A stretch of DNA of 64,000 nt, from positions 8,335 through 72,334 of IMG/VR virus record IMGVR_UViG_3300046821_000076, one strand, 5' to 3'. Both the position numbers and the translations under genes were made by a program. The notes below the pieces were generated by a model, which saw only the letters and a list, made by a program, of their open reading frames with translations, was not told the origin of the DNA and made no database searches. Each line of letters opens with the position of its first letter. Within the stretch, counting starts at the first letter, position 1. Positions 55,827 to 64,000 of this stretch are shown here, piece after piece. The stretch comes from a virus.

Positions 55827-58411
55827 GATTATTGAAGTTTACTAACGGATCACCAGAACCTAAAGTAGCTATCTTGATTAAAGAATCATCCTTTGATGAA
55901 TACGATTTACGCAGGTATTACGTAGAACCTTTAATCGCTAAAGGTATTGCACCTGAGAACATCGTTGCATGTTCTCTAGAGTACTTCCAAGGAAAAGCTA
56001 CTGCATCCATTATTAAAGATTGGATTGGTACTTGGTTAGCTAGTATTAGAGATAGCGGAGTTACACATCTTTTATGTGCAGACTCTGCTTACTTTAAAAC
56101 ATTAGCCAAAGTACCTAAAGCAGAAGCTTACTTAGGTTCTGTAGTTCAATGTCCTCTTGTAGGTTTTGAATCTTTAAACATAATCTATTCATTAGGGTAT
56201 GGAGCATTGCTTCATAACCCAAACCAAGAAGAAAAGATTACTCGTAGTATTTATGCACTATCCACCCATTGCCAAGGTAACTACGTTGCTGTAGGTAATG
56301 ACATTATCCACTCAGCCAACTACCCTCAAACACTCTCTGAAATAGAGCAAGTTCTTGAGGGTTTAAAAACATATCCTGAATTAGTAGTAGATATAGAAAC
56401 ATTCGACCTACGCTTAAAGAATGCAGGATTAGCTTCTATAGGCTTTGCTTATGATAAACACAACGGAGCATCATTCTTATGTGATTACAGACCTATTCCA
56501 GAGGATTCTGGTATCTATGGAACACGTAGAGATAACATCCCCGTACGTAAGCTCCTACGAGCATTCTTCGATAGCTATCAAGGTAAACTTATAGCCCATA
56601 ACGCATCCTTTGATTTCAAGTGTTTAATCCATGCTCTATGGATGGAACACCCGTTAGATGTTAAAGGTATGATCAATGGTTTAGAAGTCTTAACGCGTAG
56701 CTTTGACGATACCAAAATCATTGCATACTTAGCTTTAAACTCATGTGCTAAGCAAGAGTATGGATTGAAGAAGTTAGCTCAACCTTTTGCAGGTAACTGG
56801 GCTGAAGAAGACATCAAAGACGTACGTAAGATTAAACCACATGATTTATTGGTTTATAACTTAAAAGACTGCTTGAGTACTTGGTACGTTAAAGAAGTCT
56901 ATGAACCTCTAATGATCCAAGACCAACAGTTAGATATTTATAAATCTATTATGTTGCCTTCACTTAAAACCATTATTCAAATGGAATGTCATGGAGTACC
57001 TCTATTGCCTTCAAAGGTAGTAGAAGTTAAAGCAGAACTACTCCGACTACAGCGAATGTATGTTGATCAGCTTGATAGCTCTGAATACATAGTATACGCA
57101 ACAGACTTGCTACAAGAACGTGCATGGAAAGATAAACAAGCTTCTCTTAAAAAGAAGATAGTACATCGCCATGAATTTACTGAGCCTCTTAACTTTGGTA
57201 GCCCACAACAATTACAAGTACTTTTGTATGAAGTAATGGAACTACCTGTTATTGACTTCACTGATACCAAAGAACCTGCTACAGGTACGAAGACATTAGA
57301 TAAGTTAATAAACCATGCTCATAACGATGATATGCGTAACTGTCTTAAAGTTCTTATTGAACTGTCTAAGGTAAATAAAATCTTAGAAGGTTTTATACCA
57401 TCATTTGAAGATGGATGGCTTAAGGCAGATGGGTACTTGTACTTACATGGCAGTTTCAATCTAGGAGGTACTAAATCAGGAAGATTATCAAGCTCAAGCC
57501 CTAATCTACAAAACCTACCTGCTCACGGTAAATTGGGTAAGTTGGTTAAATCATGTTTTGTATCACCACAAGGTTCTATCTTTGCTGGAGCAGACTACAC
57601 AGCTTTAGAAGATAAGATTAATACATTACTTACTGGTGATCCCAATAAAGTTAAAGTCTACAGTGAGGGGTTTGACGGTCATTGTTTCCGTACATTTTAT
57701 TATTGGAAAGATCAGATGCCTGATATCGTTGATACTGTAGAAAGTATTAACTCTATTGCAGACAAATACCCTGACTTACGTAGTAAGAGCAAAGCTCCTT
57801 CATTTGCATTAACTTACCAGGGTACGTGGCTTACTCTAATGAACAACTGTGGTTTCTCTGAAGAGGAAGCCAAGAAAGTAGAGAAGAACTATCACGTCAT
57901 GTATGAAGCTTCAGATATATGGCTTGAAGCTAAGCTATTAGAAGCATCAAAGCTAGGCTATACAGACTTAGCCTTTGGTTTACGTTTACGTACTCCATTA
58001 CTAGCTAGAACAGTAATGGGTAGTTCAATGAAGGCTAACATCAGCTCAGCAGAAGCACGTACTGCTGGCAATGCTTTATCAGGCCAATCTTTTGGTTTGC
58101 TTAACTGTAAAGCTGCAAATGACTTCATGGAGCGTGTATACGCATCTCCATACAAGTACGACATTATGCCTGTTATGCAAATCCATGATGCACAGTACTA
58201 TATCTTCCCTGATGATGTAGACATTGTTAAATGGGTTAATGACAACTTAACTGAGTGTATGTCTTGGCAAGACTTACCTGAGTTACAGCATGACGTTGTT
58301 AAGTTAGGCAGTAATTTAGATTTATTTTACCCCCACTGGGCAAATGCCATAACGTTAAAGAACAACAGCAGTATTGAGGAAATCTACGAGACGGTCTCTA
58401 AACAATCCTAG
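55823..58411 (+). CDS. Family A DNA polymerase (N4 gp39-like)
   Basis: Exo DIET/HNASFD, SGRLSSSSPNLQN, motif A ADYTALE, motif B RSKSKAPSFALTYQG, motif C QIHDA. Confidence 0.95.
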   Translation: MRLLKFTNGSPEPKVAILIKESSFDEYDLRRYYVEPLIAKGIAPENIVACSLEYFQGKATASIIKDWIGTWLASIRDSGVTHLLCADSAYFKTLAKVPKAEAYLGSVVQCPLVGFESLNIIYSLGYGALLHNPNQEEKITRSIYALSTHCQGNYVAVGNDIIHSANYPQTLSEIEQVLEGLKTYPELVVDIETFDLRLKNAGLASIGFAYDKHNGASFLCDYRPIPEDSGIYGTRRDNIPVRKLLRAFFDSYQGKLIAHNASFDFKCLIHALWMEHPLDVKGMINGLEVLTRSFDDTKIIAYLALNSCAKQEYGLKKLAQPFAGNWAEEDIKDVRKIKPHDLLVYNLKDCLSTWYVKEVYEPLMIQDQQLDIYKSIMLPSLKTIIQMECHGVPLLPSKVVEVKAELLRLQRMYVDQLDSSEYIVYATDLLQERAWKDKQASLKKKIVHRHEFTEPLNFGSPQQLQVLLYEVMELPVIDFTDTKEPATGTKTLDKLINHAHNDDMRNCLKVLIELSKVNKILEGFIPSFEDGWLKADGYLYLHGSFNLGGTKSGRLSSSSPNLQNLPAHGKLGKLVKSCFVSPQGSIFAGADYTALEDKINTLLTGDPNKVKVYSEGFDGHCFRTFYYWKDQMPDIVDTVESINSIADKYPDLRSKSKAPSFALTYQGTWLTLMNNCGFSEEEAKKVEKNYHVMYEASDIWLEAKLLEASKLGYTDLAFGLRLRTPLLARTVMGSSMKANISSAEARTAGNALSGQSFGLLNCKAANDFMERVYASPYKYDIMPVMQIHDAQYYIFPDDVDIVKWVNDNLTECMSWQDLPELQHDVVKLGSNLDLFYPHWANAITLKNNSSIEEIYETVSKQS

Positions 58412-58448
58412 GGGTAATCCCTAGGTACTAATCTATCTAGGAACTCTA

Positions 58449-58739
58449 ATGACAATCTTTGAATTTTACATGTCTTATATACTTACTCGTAATGCATTGC
58501 TAATTGATCTCTCCGGTAACGTAATAAATGCAAAAAGGCGTAAAGAATTCTTACACCTAATCTTTGATAGTAAAACAGGGAAAGGTCCTTTAAATATAAA
58601 TCACAGTGAAAGTATTGATATGTTTTCTCAATTAGGCATTCGCATAACTATCATAGTTAAGCCTATATTTATAACTGCTTCTACACTTACAGGTGTTATC
58701 TCAATTCCTGTACCAGAACCTGATGAATTACCTTTTTAA
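58449..58739 (+). CDS. Hypothetical protein
   Basis: AGGA RBS, 96 aa. Confidence 0.6.
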   Translation: MTIFEFYMSYILTRNALLIDLSGNVINAKRRKEFLHLIFDSKTGKGPLNINHSESIDMFSQLGIRITIIVKPIFITASTLTGVISIPVPEPDELPF

Positions 58740-58749
58740 GGAATAAACC

Positions 58750-58914
58750 ATGATCAAACAAACCTACTTTACGATTGCAGTATTACTTATTGCTTTTACT
58801 GCTTGTGTGATTAGCTTCGTAATTACTTCAAGTATTCTTCAATATCTTCTTGCCATACTCAATTTAGGAATGTTGTTTAACACTCTACGTATAGCTATTG
58901 AAATGGAGCTTTAG
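58750..58914 (+). CDS. Small membrane protein (54 aa, not in ORF track)
   Basis: AAGGA RBS; two hydrophobic stretches. Confidence 0.65.
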   Translation: MIKQTYFTIAVLLIAFTACVISFVITSSILQYLLAILNLGMLFNTLRIAIEMEL

Positions 58915-58939
58915 ACATGGATGATTATTTTTTATAAAT

Positions 58940-58963
58940 AAAAAAGAGGAGATAACTCCTCTT
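58940..58963 (-). terminator. Intrinsic terminator for minus-strand small gene
   Basis: AAGAGGA/TCCTCTT stem with T-run on minus strand. Confidence 0.7.
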
Positions 58964-58979
58964 CTAGATAAGTAAACTA

Positions 58980-59144
58980 TTAAGCTTTTTTAGTAAGCTC
59001 TTTAGTTCCCTTATCTACTAATGCAACACCACCTACAGTTAGTGGGATTACATCTTTACCTGCAACAACTTTGTCATGAAGTGTTGGAACAACAACATTC
59101 AAGGTAGTTTTTGCATTACCGTTCACATCTAAAACATAAGCCAT
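58980..59144 (-). CDS. Small protein (54 aa, not in ORF track)
   Basis: AGGAG RBS; MAYVLDVNGNAKTTLNVVVPTLHDKVVAGKDVIPLTVGGVALVDKGTKELTKKA; own terminator. Confidence 0.7.
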   Translation of the reverse strand: MAYVLDVNGNAKTTLNVVVPTLHDKVVAGKDVIPLTVGGVALVDKGTKELTKKA

Positions 59145-59233
59145 GGTACTCTCCTAAAAAGCTTAATCATTTTGGCATAGATATTCTAACAATAAATATC
59201 TAGAATGTGTACGTCAACTCAGGAGATGTATGA

Positions 59234-59545
59234 ATGGATGATTCAACTCAACCTGATGTAATGGCAATTGTTATTACCATCTTACTCGGATGTGTAGCAG
59301 CTTTCGTATCAATAGGTCGTAAGATTTATAATGCACGTACTAAATTCTCATGGCTATGGCTCAGCACTGAGATTGGTTCATGTATCTTAGCAGGTTTCAT
59401 TGGCTATGAATCTTATCCTAGTATTCAAGCTGTATCCATGCTTTCTTGGATGCCTAAATCAGTCTTTGTGATTCTGTGCGTCTATAGCGGCTCAAGGCTC
59501 GTGTTACTTCTTGAAGAGAAAGCAAATAAAGCCTTTCCATCGTAA
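59234..59545 (+). CDS. Putative holin (three TM segments)
   Basis: 103 aa, three hydrophobic helices, GSR then charged C-tail; AGGAG RBS, own terminator. Confidence 0.6.
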   Translation: MDDSTQPDVMAIVITILLGCVAAFVSIGRKIYNARTKFSWLWLSTEIGSCILAGFIGYESYPSIQAVSMLSWMPKSVFVILCVYSGSRLVLLLEEKANKAFPS

Positions 59546-59587
59546 CTATACCCTCTTCGGAGGGTTTCTATTATCTACAGGTAAACC

Positions 59588-59878
59588 ATGAACATCAAGC
59601 AACTCAAGCAACGTATTTCAGTTATCAGTACCCTAGCTATAGCTGTATCTACTAATAAACCTTTCTTAATTGCTACAGTAGATAGTAATAGTAAACCTTT
59701 TATCTGCAGTAACCTTAAAGCTACTGACAGTATTAAGTTTGCAGGTATTGCTGCTATGCACTTAGCTGAGGTAAATAACATTTCATTTAAAGATGCTACT
59801 AACAATATTCAACAACAAATGCTCACTATCTACCGTGAGTCTCTTGGATTAGAAAGCAAGGAAACCATGCATGAATAA
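59588..59878 (+). CDS. Hypothetical protein
   Basis: AGGT RBS, 96 aa. Confidence 0.7.
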   Translation: MNIKQLKQRISVISTLAIAVSTNKPFLIATVDSNSKPFICSNLKATDSIKFAGIAAMHLAEVNNISFKDATNNIQQQMLTIYRESLGLESKETMHE

Positions 59879-60482
59879 TACAATATACTTATCAGGTGCT
59901 CATAGAACAGGTAAGTCATACTTAGCTTCTATTTCAGCTCACTGTCTTGGCATTGACTTTAGAGAGGCTAATTTATCAGAGGTGTATAGTCAGTTAGGTA
60001 CTACACCTCAAGATACTATTACACCTTCAATGTATTTGCCTATACAAGAACTAATGTTAGTACGTATGAACTCTAACTATATTAGCACTGCTACCATTGT
60101 AGATCGTTCTCACGTAGACCTAGCAGCTTATGCTATCTACCATACACGTAACAGTCCTGAATTAAATACATGGCTTTCAGGCTATGTAGATCGCTGTCTG
60201 AGTAGCATCGATAAAGATGATGTAATCGTGTCTGTACCTATATCTTCTCTCAACATTGAAGATACTCCTAAATCTTTTACTAAAGATTCTGCACAGGAAA
60301 TTCAAGACATCATACAAGGACTATATCTACACCCTTTACTTAAAGCTAAGGTAGTACATGTCCCTGTAGAGACTACTAAAATTTATGAGCGTGTTCAGGT
60401 TATTGCTGACATTCTTCAAGAACATCCATCTGAAGGTGTTGTGAAGATAAAGCCGATACAACTAAGTAACAAATGCTGGTAA
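59871..60482 (+). CDS. P-loop nucleotide kinase-like protein (dNMP kinase/AAA_28)
   Basis: YLSGAHRTGKS P-loop and IVDRSHVD motif. Confidence 0.75.
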   Translation: MNNTIYLSGAHRTGKSYLASISAHCLGIDFREANLSEVYSQLGTTPQDTITPSMYLPIQELMLVRMNSNYISTATIVDRSHVDLAAYAIYHTRNSPELNTWLSGYVDRCLSSIDKDDVIVSVPISSLNIEDTPKSFTKDSAQEIQDIIQGLYLHPLLKAKVVHVPVETTKIYERVQVIADILQEHPSEGVVKIKPIQLSNKCW

Positions 60483-60535
60483 GTTTATTAATAATAAATT
60501 ATATACAGCTCATTTACCTTTTCAGGAGAAACCCT

Positions 60536-60892
60536 ATGAATTCAAAATACTTATCCGTACCTTTTGCAGAACTAAAAAAAGTCATCTTAAAAGAAGAGGC
60601 TTTAGTCTCTTTTTATACTAAAGACTTGGACACACCCCCATGTATTCACATGCAGACAACGTCTATGCAGTTTAAACAGATTACGTTTACCTACATCTAC
60701 AACGAAGTAAAACAATCATGGTTTGATGTATTACTTAAACGTAAACGATACATACTTGCTAAGGTGCATAACACTCACTTTGGTACTCAAATCTATGCAT
60801 CACCTTTACAGACGAGTGAAGAACTCAGTTCAAACATCTCTAGTTGGTGTGAAGAATACAAACCCTTAAACCACATCTACAAGGCTCATTAA
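60536..60892 (+). CDS. Hypothetical protein
   Basis: AGGAG RBS before ATG 60536. Confidence 0.65.
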   Translation: MNSKYLSVPFAELKKVILKEEALVSFYTKDLDTPPCIHMQTTSMQFKQITFTYIYNEVKQSWFDVLLKRKRYILAKVHNTHFGTQIYASPLQTSEELSSNISSWCEEYKPLNHIYKAH

Positions 60893-60895
60893 TCC

Positions 60896-61522
60896 ATGAA
60901 TGAATTAGTATTAGCAGTATCTCGTGAAGCTTTAGGTGTAGGTACTGAATCCGGTATCTTCCCTATTGATCTAAATAGTATTGATAGTGAAGCGTATGCT
61001 TTATTACCTCGTCACATTGCAGACAACAAATCTGATAGTTCAGTAGCTTTAGGTAAGCTATTCCCTCAAATCCTAGGGTACGTACAGCTTGTGAATGAAC
61101 AAGGTGAAATCTTATCTTACGCTCGTAAAGGTAAAGAGAAAGGACTGCATGGATTACGTTCTATTGGCGTAGGAGGGCATGTATCACATGAGGAGCTAGT
61201 TACAGCTATCTATCGTTCAGATGATCCTACACAGCTTCCTACGTTAACTGAGCTTATTCAACTTGGTTTACGTAGAGAACTCCTCGAAGAAGTAGGTATT
61301 GATATTGGTACTTACATGGAAGCAAACCAGCTACTCGTATCAGATAGTAATATCACCTCTCAGGTACATGTAGGTTTACCTATGCAACTTGAAGTACCTG
61401 AGTTTGGTATTGTACTAGAGCAGTCAGAGTTCTTAGATGCTCGTTGGATTAGTGTTGAAGAGCTTAAAGCTACTGTAGACATCTATGAACCCTGGTCTCA
61501 GCTTATCATTCAACAACTGTAA
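60896..61522 (+). CDS. Nudix-family phosphoesterase
   Basis: QILGY, SIGVGGHV, RRELLEEVG, QVHVG motifs. Confidence 0.8.
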   Translation: MNELVLAVSREALGVGTESGIFPIDLNSIDSEAYALLPRHIADNKSDSSVALGKLFPQILGYVQLVNEQGEILSYARKGKEKGLHGLRSIGVGGHVSHEELVTAIYRSDDPTQLPTLTELIQLGLRRELLEEVGIDIGTYMEANQLLVSDSNITSQVHVGLPMQLEVPEFGIVLEQSEFLDARWISVEELKATVDIYEPWSQLIIQQL

Positions 61523-61527
61523 AATTA

Positions 61528-61551
61528 AACCCCTCAGAAGAGGGGTTTTTA
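61528..61551. terminator. Bidirectional terminator
   Basis: AAACCCCTC-AGAA-GAGGGGTTTTT between convergent genes. Confidence 0.85.
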
Positions 61552-61553
61552 AA

Positions 61554-62123
61554 CTAACGTAAACTAATATCTATACATCTTCCTGCAGGAATGCTCATAG
61601 GTACGTTTAGATCAGGTAAATACTTACCATTGCTAAATAATACGTCATAGACTTTTACAACAACAGTAGACGCTGCAGCAAATTCGATAGTACAAGTACA
61701 GAGTAAGTTACCTAACTCATCTCTAGGAAGAATATACTTAAAACCATTTAAACCATGAGAGGTAGCTGACGTAATAACGTAGGTATTAATGTCTTGCTTA
61801 GTCATAGTAAATGGTCTAACAGCTTGAGGGTAGTTGACGAGTCTATCGTCATACAGCTTAGTAGCTGAACCTCCTAGAACAAAGCTGTTATTAGTGTCTG
61901 TAAGTAAACCAAGATTGTCTCTAGCACCTTGAATGGTCTCTGCTCCTGTACCACCTTTAGATACAGGAACACCTGCAGTTGGAAGAGTAACAGTAGAACT
62001 ATTACCTGATAAGAATAAATAAAGTTCTTTAAAAGCGTCTTCACATTTAGCTCCAAAGACAATAGCAGAATCACCCTTCTTATCGTTAGCTGCTAAGCCT
62101 ATTGATATAACTTCTCTAGTCAC
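61554..62123 (-). CDS. Short tail-fibre-like protein
   Basis: ISIGLAANDKKGD..FKELY anchor motif, VSKGGTGA..ARDNLGL repeat, C-terminal IPAGRCIDISL; GGAG RBS before GTG. Confidence 0.7.
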   Translation of the reverse strand: MTREVISIGLAANDKKGDSAIVFGAKCEDAFKELYLFLSGNSSTVTLPTAGVPVSKGGTGAETIQGARDNLGLLTDTNNSFVLGGSATKLYDDRLVNYPQAVRPFTMTKQDINTYVITSATSHGLNGFKYILPRDELGNLLCTCTIEFAAASTVVVKVYDVLFSNGKYLPDLNVPMSIPAGRCIDISLR

Positions 62124-62148
62124 TTGTGTACTCCATAATTAGCATGGT

Positions 62149-62652
62149 TTAAGCCTCGTTAGTAGAGATACGACCTGCTGCTAGTACAGGTAGATCGTAG
62201 CGATAATCATGTGGAGTAGTACCTGTACTAATCCAACGATATGCTGTAACACGCTTAGGGTCAAAGTCCTGAATAGTTACAGCATTAGATTGGTTTCCAC
62301 CTAATACTTTAAGCATACCTGATTTAGTCTTACCTACTACAAAACCAACATGACCTCCACCATCACGTGTAAAGGTTACTACGCAACCATACGCAGGCTT
62401 ACTAAGTTTAGTGCCTGCATTCTCCCACTCTTTAGCTCTAAAGAACTCTTTAGGTACTTTGGCGCTGAGACCTGCTTCTTTAAACACTTGAGCGCAGAAA
62501 GTACCGCACCAGGGTTGTCCTATTAACCACTTACCTGATAGTGTTTTAGCCCATGCGTCTATAGTGGGGTGTTTATTCGATGCCTTAATTTCAGTTAAAC
62601 CTAAGTAGCTACGAGCTACTTTTATATGTGTTAACTCAGGAGTTGCACTCAT
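62149..62652 (-). CDS. Endolysin, TIGR02594/NlpC-P60-like peptidase
   Basis: PWCGTF, GGGHVGFVVG, LGGNQSNAV, YRW motifs; GAGGA RBS before ATG 62652. Confidence 0.88.
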   Translation of the reverse strand: MSATPELTHIKVARSYLGLTEIKASNKHPTIDAWAKTLSGKWLIGQPWCGTFCAQVFKEAGLSAKVPKEFFRAKEWENAGTKLSKPAYGCVVTFTRDGGGHVGFVVGKTKSGMLKVLGGNQSNAVTIQDFDPKRVTAYRWISTGTTPHDYRYDLPVLAAGRISTNEA

Positions 62653-62671
62653 TAATATATCCTCATATAAT
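62643..62671 (+). promoter_or_regulatory. Sigma70-like promoter for HNH gene overlapping endolysin start
   Basis: TTGCAC-17 nt-TATAAT. Confidence 0.65.
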
Positions 62672-62729
62672 AAAGTTACCCATGGAGTATTGTCATATAC
62701 ATACCCCAAAAGCATAAAAGGAATATACC

Positions 62730-63323
62730 ATGTCTAAAAGTTCTTGGGCTATTTTAGAGATATCAGGAAAATACGCAAAAGTACGTTGTACTTGTGGATA
62801 CACTGCAAAACGTAATACTTATGATATTAAATCAGGCAAATCTGTATGCTGTAAAACATGTTCTTACAGTATGCGTAAAGGCGTACCAATTAATGTAACC
62901 CACGGTTTAGCAGATTCACCTACTATGAATAGTTATGCCGATATGAAAAGAAGATGCTATGACCAAACCCGTAAAGATTATAAAAATTATGGAGGTCGTG
63001 GGATAACGGTACAAAAAGATTGGTTAGAAGGTACTGCTGAACTTTCTGGCTTTTCTTGTTTCGTACGTGATTTAGGTATGCGACCTAGTAAAGATTACCA
63101 ATTAGATCGTAAAGATAATAATGGGAATTATACCAAGGATAACTGTCATTGGGTTACACGTAGTAATAATATGCGTAACAGGCAGGATACTGTAAAAGTA
63201 AATTACAAAGGTAAAGAACATATACTAATAGAGTTATGCGAACAGAAAGGTATTAGCTACAAGAAGGTGTACCAACGTATGCATAAGTATGGTTGGGATG
63301 CGGATAGAGCTATAGATACCTAA
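62730..63323 (+). CDS. Free-standing HNH-type homing endonuclease, antisense to late operon
   Basis: CTCG..CKTC, YADMKRRCY..YKNYGGRGITV, LDRKDNNGNYTKDNCHW..N. Confidence 0.9.
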   Translation: MSKSSWAILEISGKYAKVRCTCGYTAKRNTYDIKSGKSVCCKTCSYSMRKGVPINVTHGLADSPTMNSYADMKRRCYDQTRKDYKNYGGRGITVQKDWLEGTAELSGFSCFVRDLGMRPSKDYQLDRKDNNGNYTKDNCHWVTRSNNMRNRQDTVKVNYKGKEHILIELCEQKGISYKKVYQRMHKYGWDADRAIDT

Positions 63324-63354
63324 TTACATGAGTTAACTCTGGTTTATCACTCAT
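63310..63354 (-). pseudogene. Orphaned endolysin N-terminus
   Basis: AGGAG RBS + MSDKPELTHV(IRYL stop), matching endolysin start MSATPELTHI. Confidence 0.75.
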
Positions 63355-63421
63355 GGTTTTCTCCTAGTAACTTACAAATTAGTTGAAGTAATAAGGCACC
63401 TCCTAAGAAGTGCCTGTTAAG

Positions 63422-63652
63422 TTATCCTTGTGATACGTTGACATAGACTGGCGTAACACCATCAGTCCATGCCCATACTGTTACACCTACACCGAAGCCA
63501 ATCTCTCGGATTAAGTGGAAGGCATCTACACTAGATACAGTAGCACCTACGTGGATTTTAAAATCTATCCCTGACGTAGAAGATAGTAATGCCCAGTTTT
63601 CAGCAGTAACAATCTTCACAGGTGCGTTGGTTAGTAAAACTTTAGTAGTCAT
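63422..63652 (-). CDS. Small beta-rich late protein
   Basis: TGATG coupling, GAGGA RBS. Confidence 0.7.
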   Translation of the reverse strand: MTTKVLLTNAPVKIVTAENWALLSSTSGIDFKIHVGATVSSVDAFHLIREIGFGVGVTVWAWTDGVTPVYVNVSQG

Positions 63653-63984
63653 CAGACTTCCTCTTGAGTATAAGCAATAAGGTTTAATTCAGTTAAGGCT
63701 GCTTGCCAGTTCTCTTGCGCATCACCATCTAAAGATAGACGTTCATACAAATGATTAAGTGACTCACGTAATTCTACAGGAACCATTAGGTTACGTAACC
63801 CATCATCACTGAATACTGCGTAATCTTCTGGCTTCCACCATGAATGACAACCCCAATAGATACCATCTTCACCTTGTAGTTTTATGGAAAGATTGTTATC
63901 ACCACAGCCATAAGCTCCAGCAATCTGGTTAATCGCATCTTTGTGAGCATCAGGGACGATGTTTACTACAGATAATTTAAACAC
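63652..63984 (-). CDS. Hypothetical late/tail-module protein
   Basis: 110 aa, GTG start with AGGGGT RBS; YWGCHSWW motif. Confidence 0.7.
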   Translation of the reverse strand: MFKLSVVNIVPDAHKDAINQIAGAYGCGDNNLSIKLQGEDGIYWGCHSWWKPEDYAVFSDDGLRNLMVPVELRESLNHLYERLSLDGDAQENWQAALTELNLIAYTQEEV

Positions 63985-64000
63985 TGAGCGTGACCCCTAT

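Noticed and set aside
55823-58411. Intein or intron in DNA polymerase
   Set aside because: Continuous 862-aa ORF of expected size; no splicing motifs seen
39388-59870. Recurrent (AAA)CCAAGGAA motif before many genes
   Set aside because: Explained as the Shine-Dalgarno context
62653-63325. Group I intron in the endolysin gene
   Set aside because: HNH is antisense and fills nearly all the insert; no P/Q/R/S elements; the N-terminus is duplicated, not split
1-64000. Stop-codon reassignment
   Set aside because: Core genes are full length under the standard code and all three stop codons terminate genes

Overview
This window is most of an N4-like podophage genome (Schitoviridae). The host is probably Acinetobacter; this is inferred from AT-richness and the style of the tail-fibre and small proteins, not from a search. 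The sequence is circularly permuted, with the probable genome-end region near 38.7-39 kb. Layout: 1-9.1 kb (+) late replication genes (RNR beta, exonuclease, primase, ATPase, SSB, resolvase); 9.2-37.6 kb (-) a 4486-aa virion RNA polymerase, ejection/structural proteins, capsid, portal and terminase; 37.7-38.7 kb (+) a duplicated two-gene module; 39-61.5 kb (+) early/middle genes (Drc/gp2-like cofactor, two-subunit RNAP II, MoxR/vWA pair, helicase, family A DNA polymerase, holin, kinase, Nudix); 61.5-64 kb (-) tail-fibre-like gene and endolysin. Highlights: (1) a group I intron with an HNH gene splits the primase P-loop; (2) an antisense HNH gene interrupts the endolysin 5' end and supplies a replacement start that overlaps its own predicted promoter; (3) the vRNAP has a natural Tyr-to-Phe change in motif B; (4) a direct-repeat-bounded, in-frame zincin cassette lies inside the vRNAP; (5) a family of perfect C-TTT-G triloop hairpins are candidate vRNAP promoters; (6) a candidate structured ncRNA; (7) a possible expanded family of ~100-aa early paralogs. 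All homology calls come from motif recognition and synteny by eye; no database search was run.
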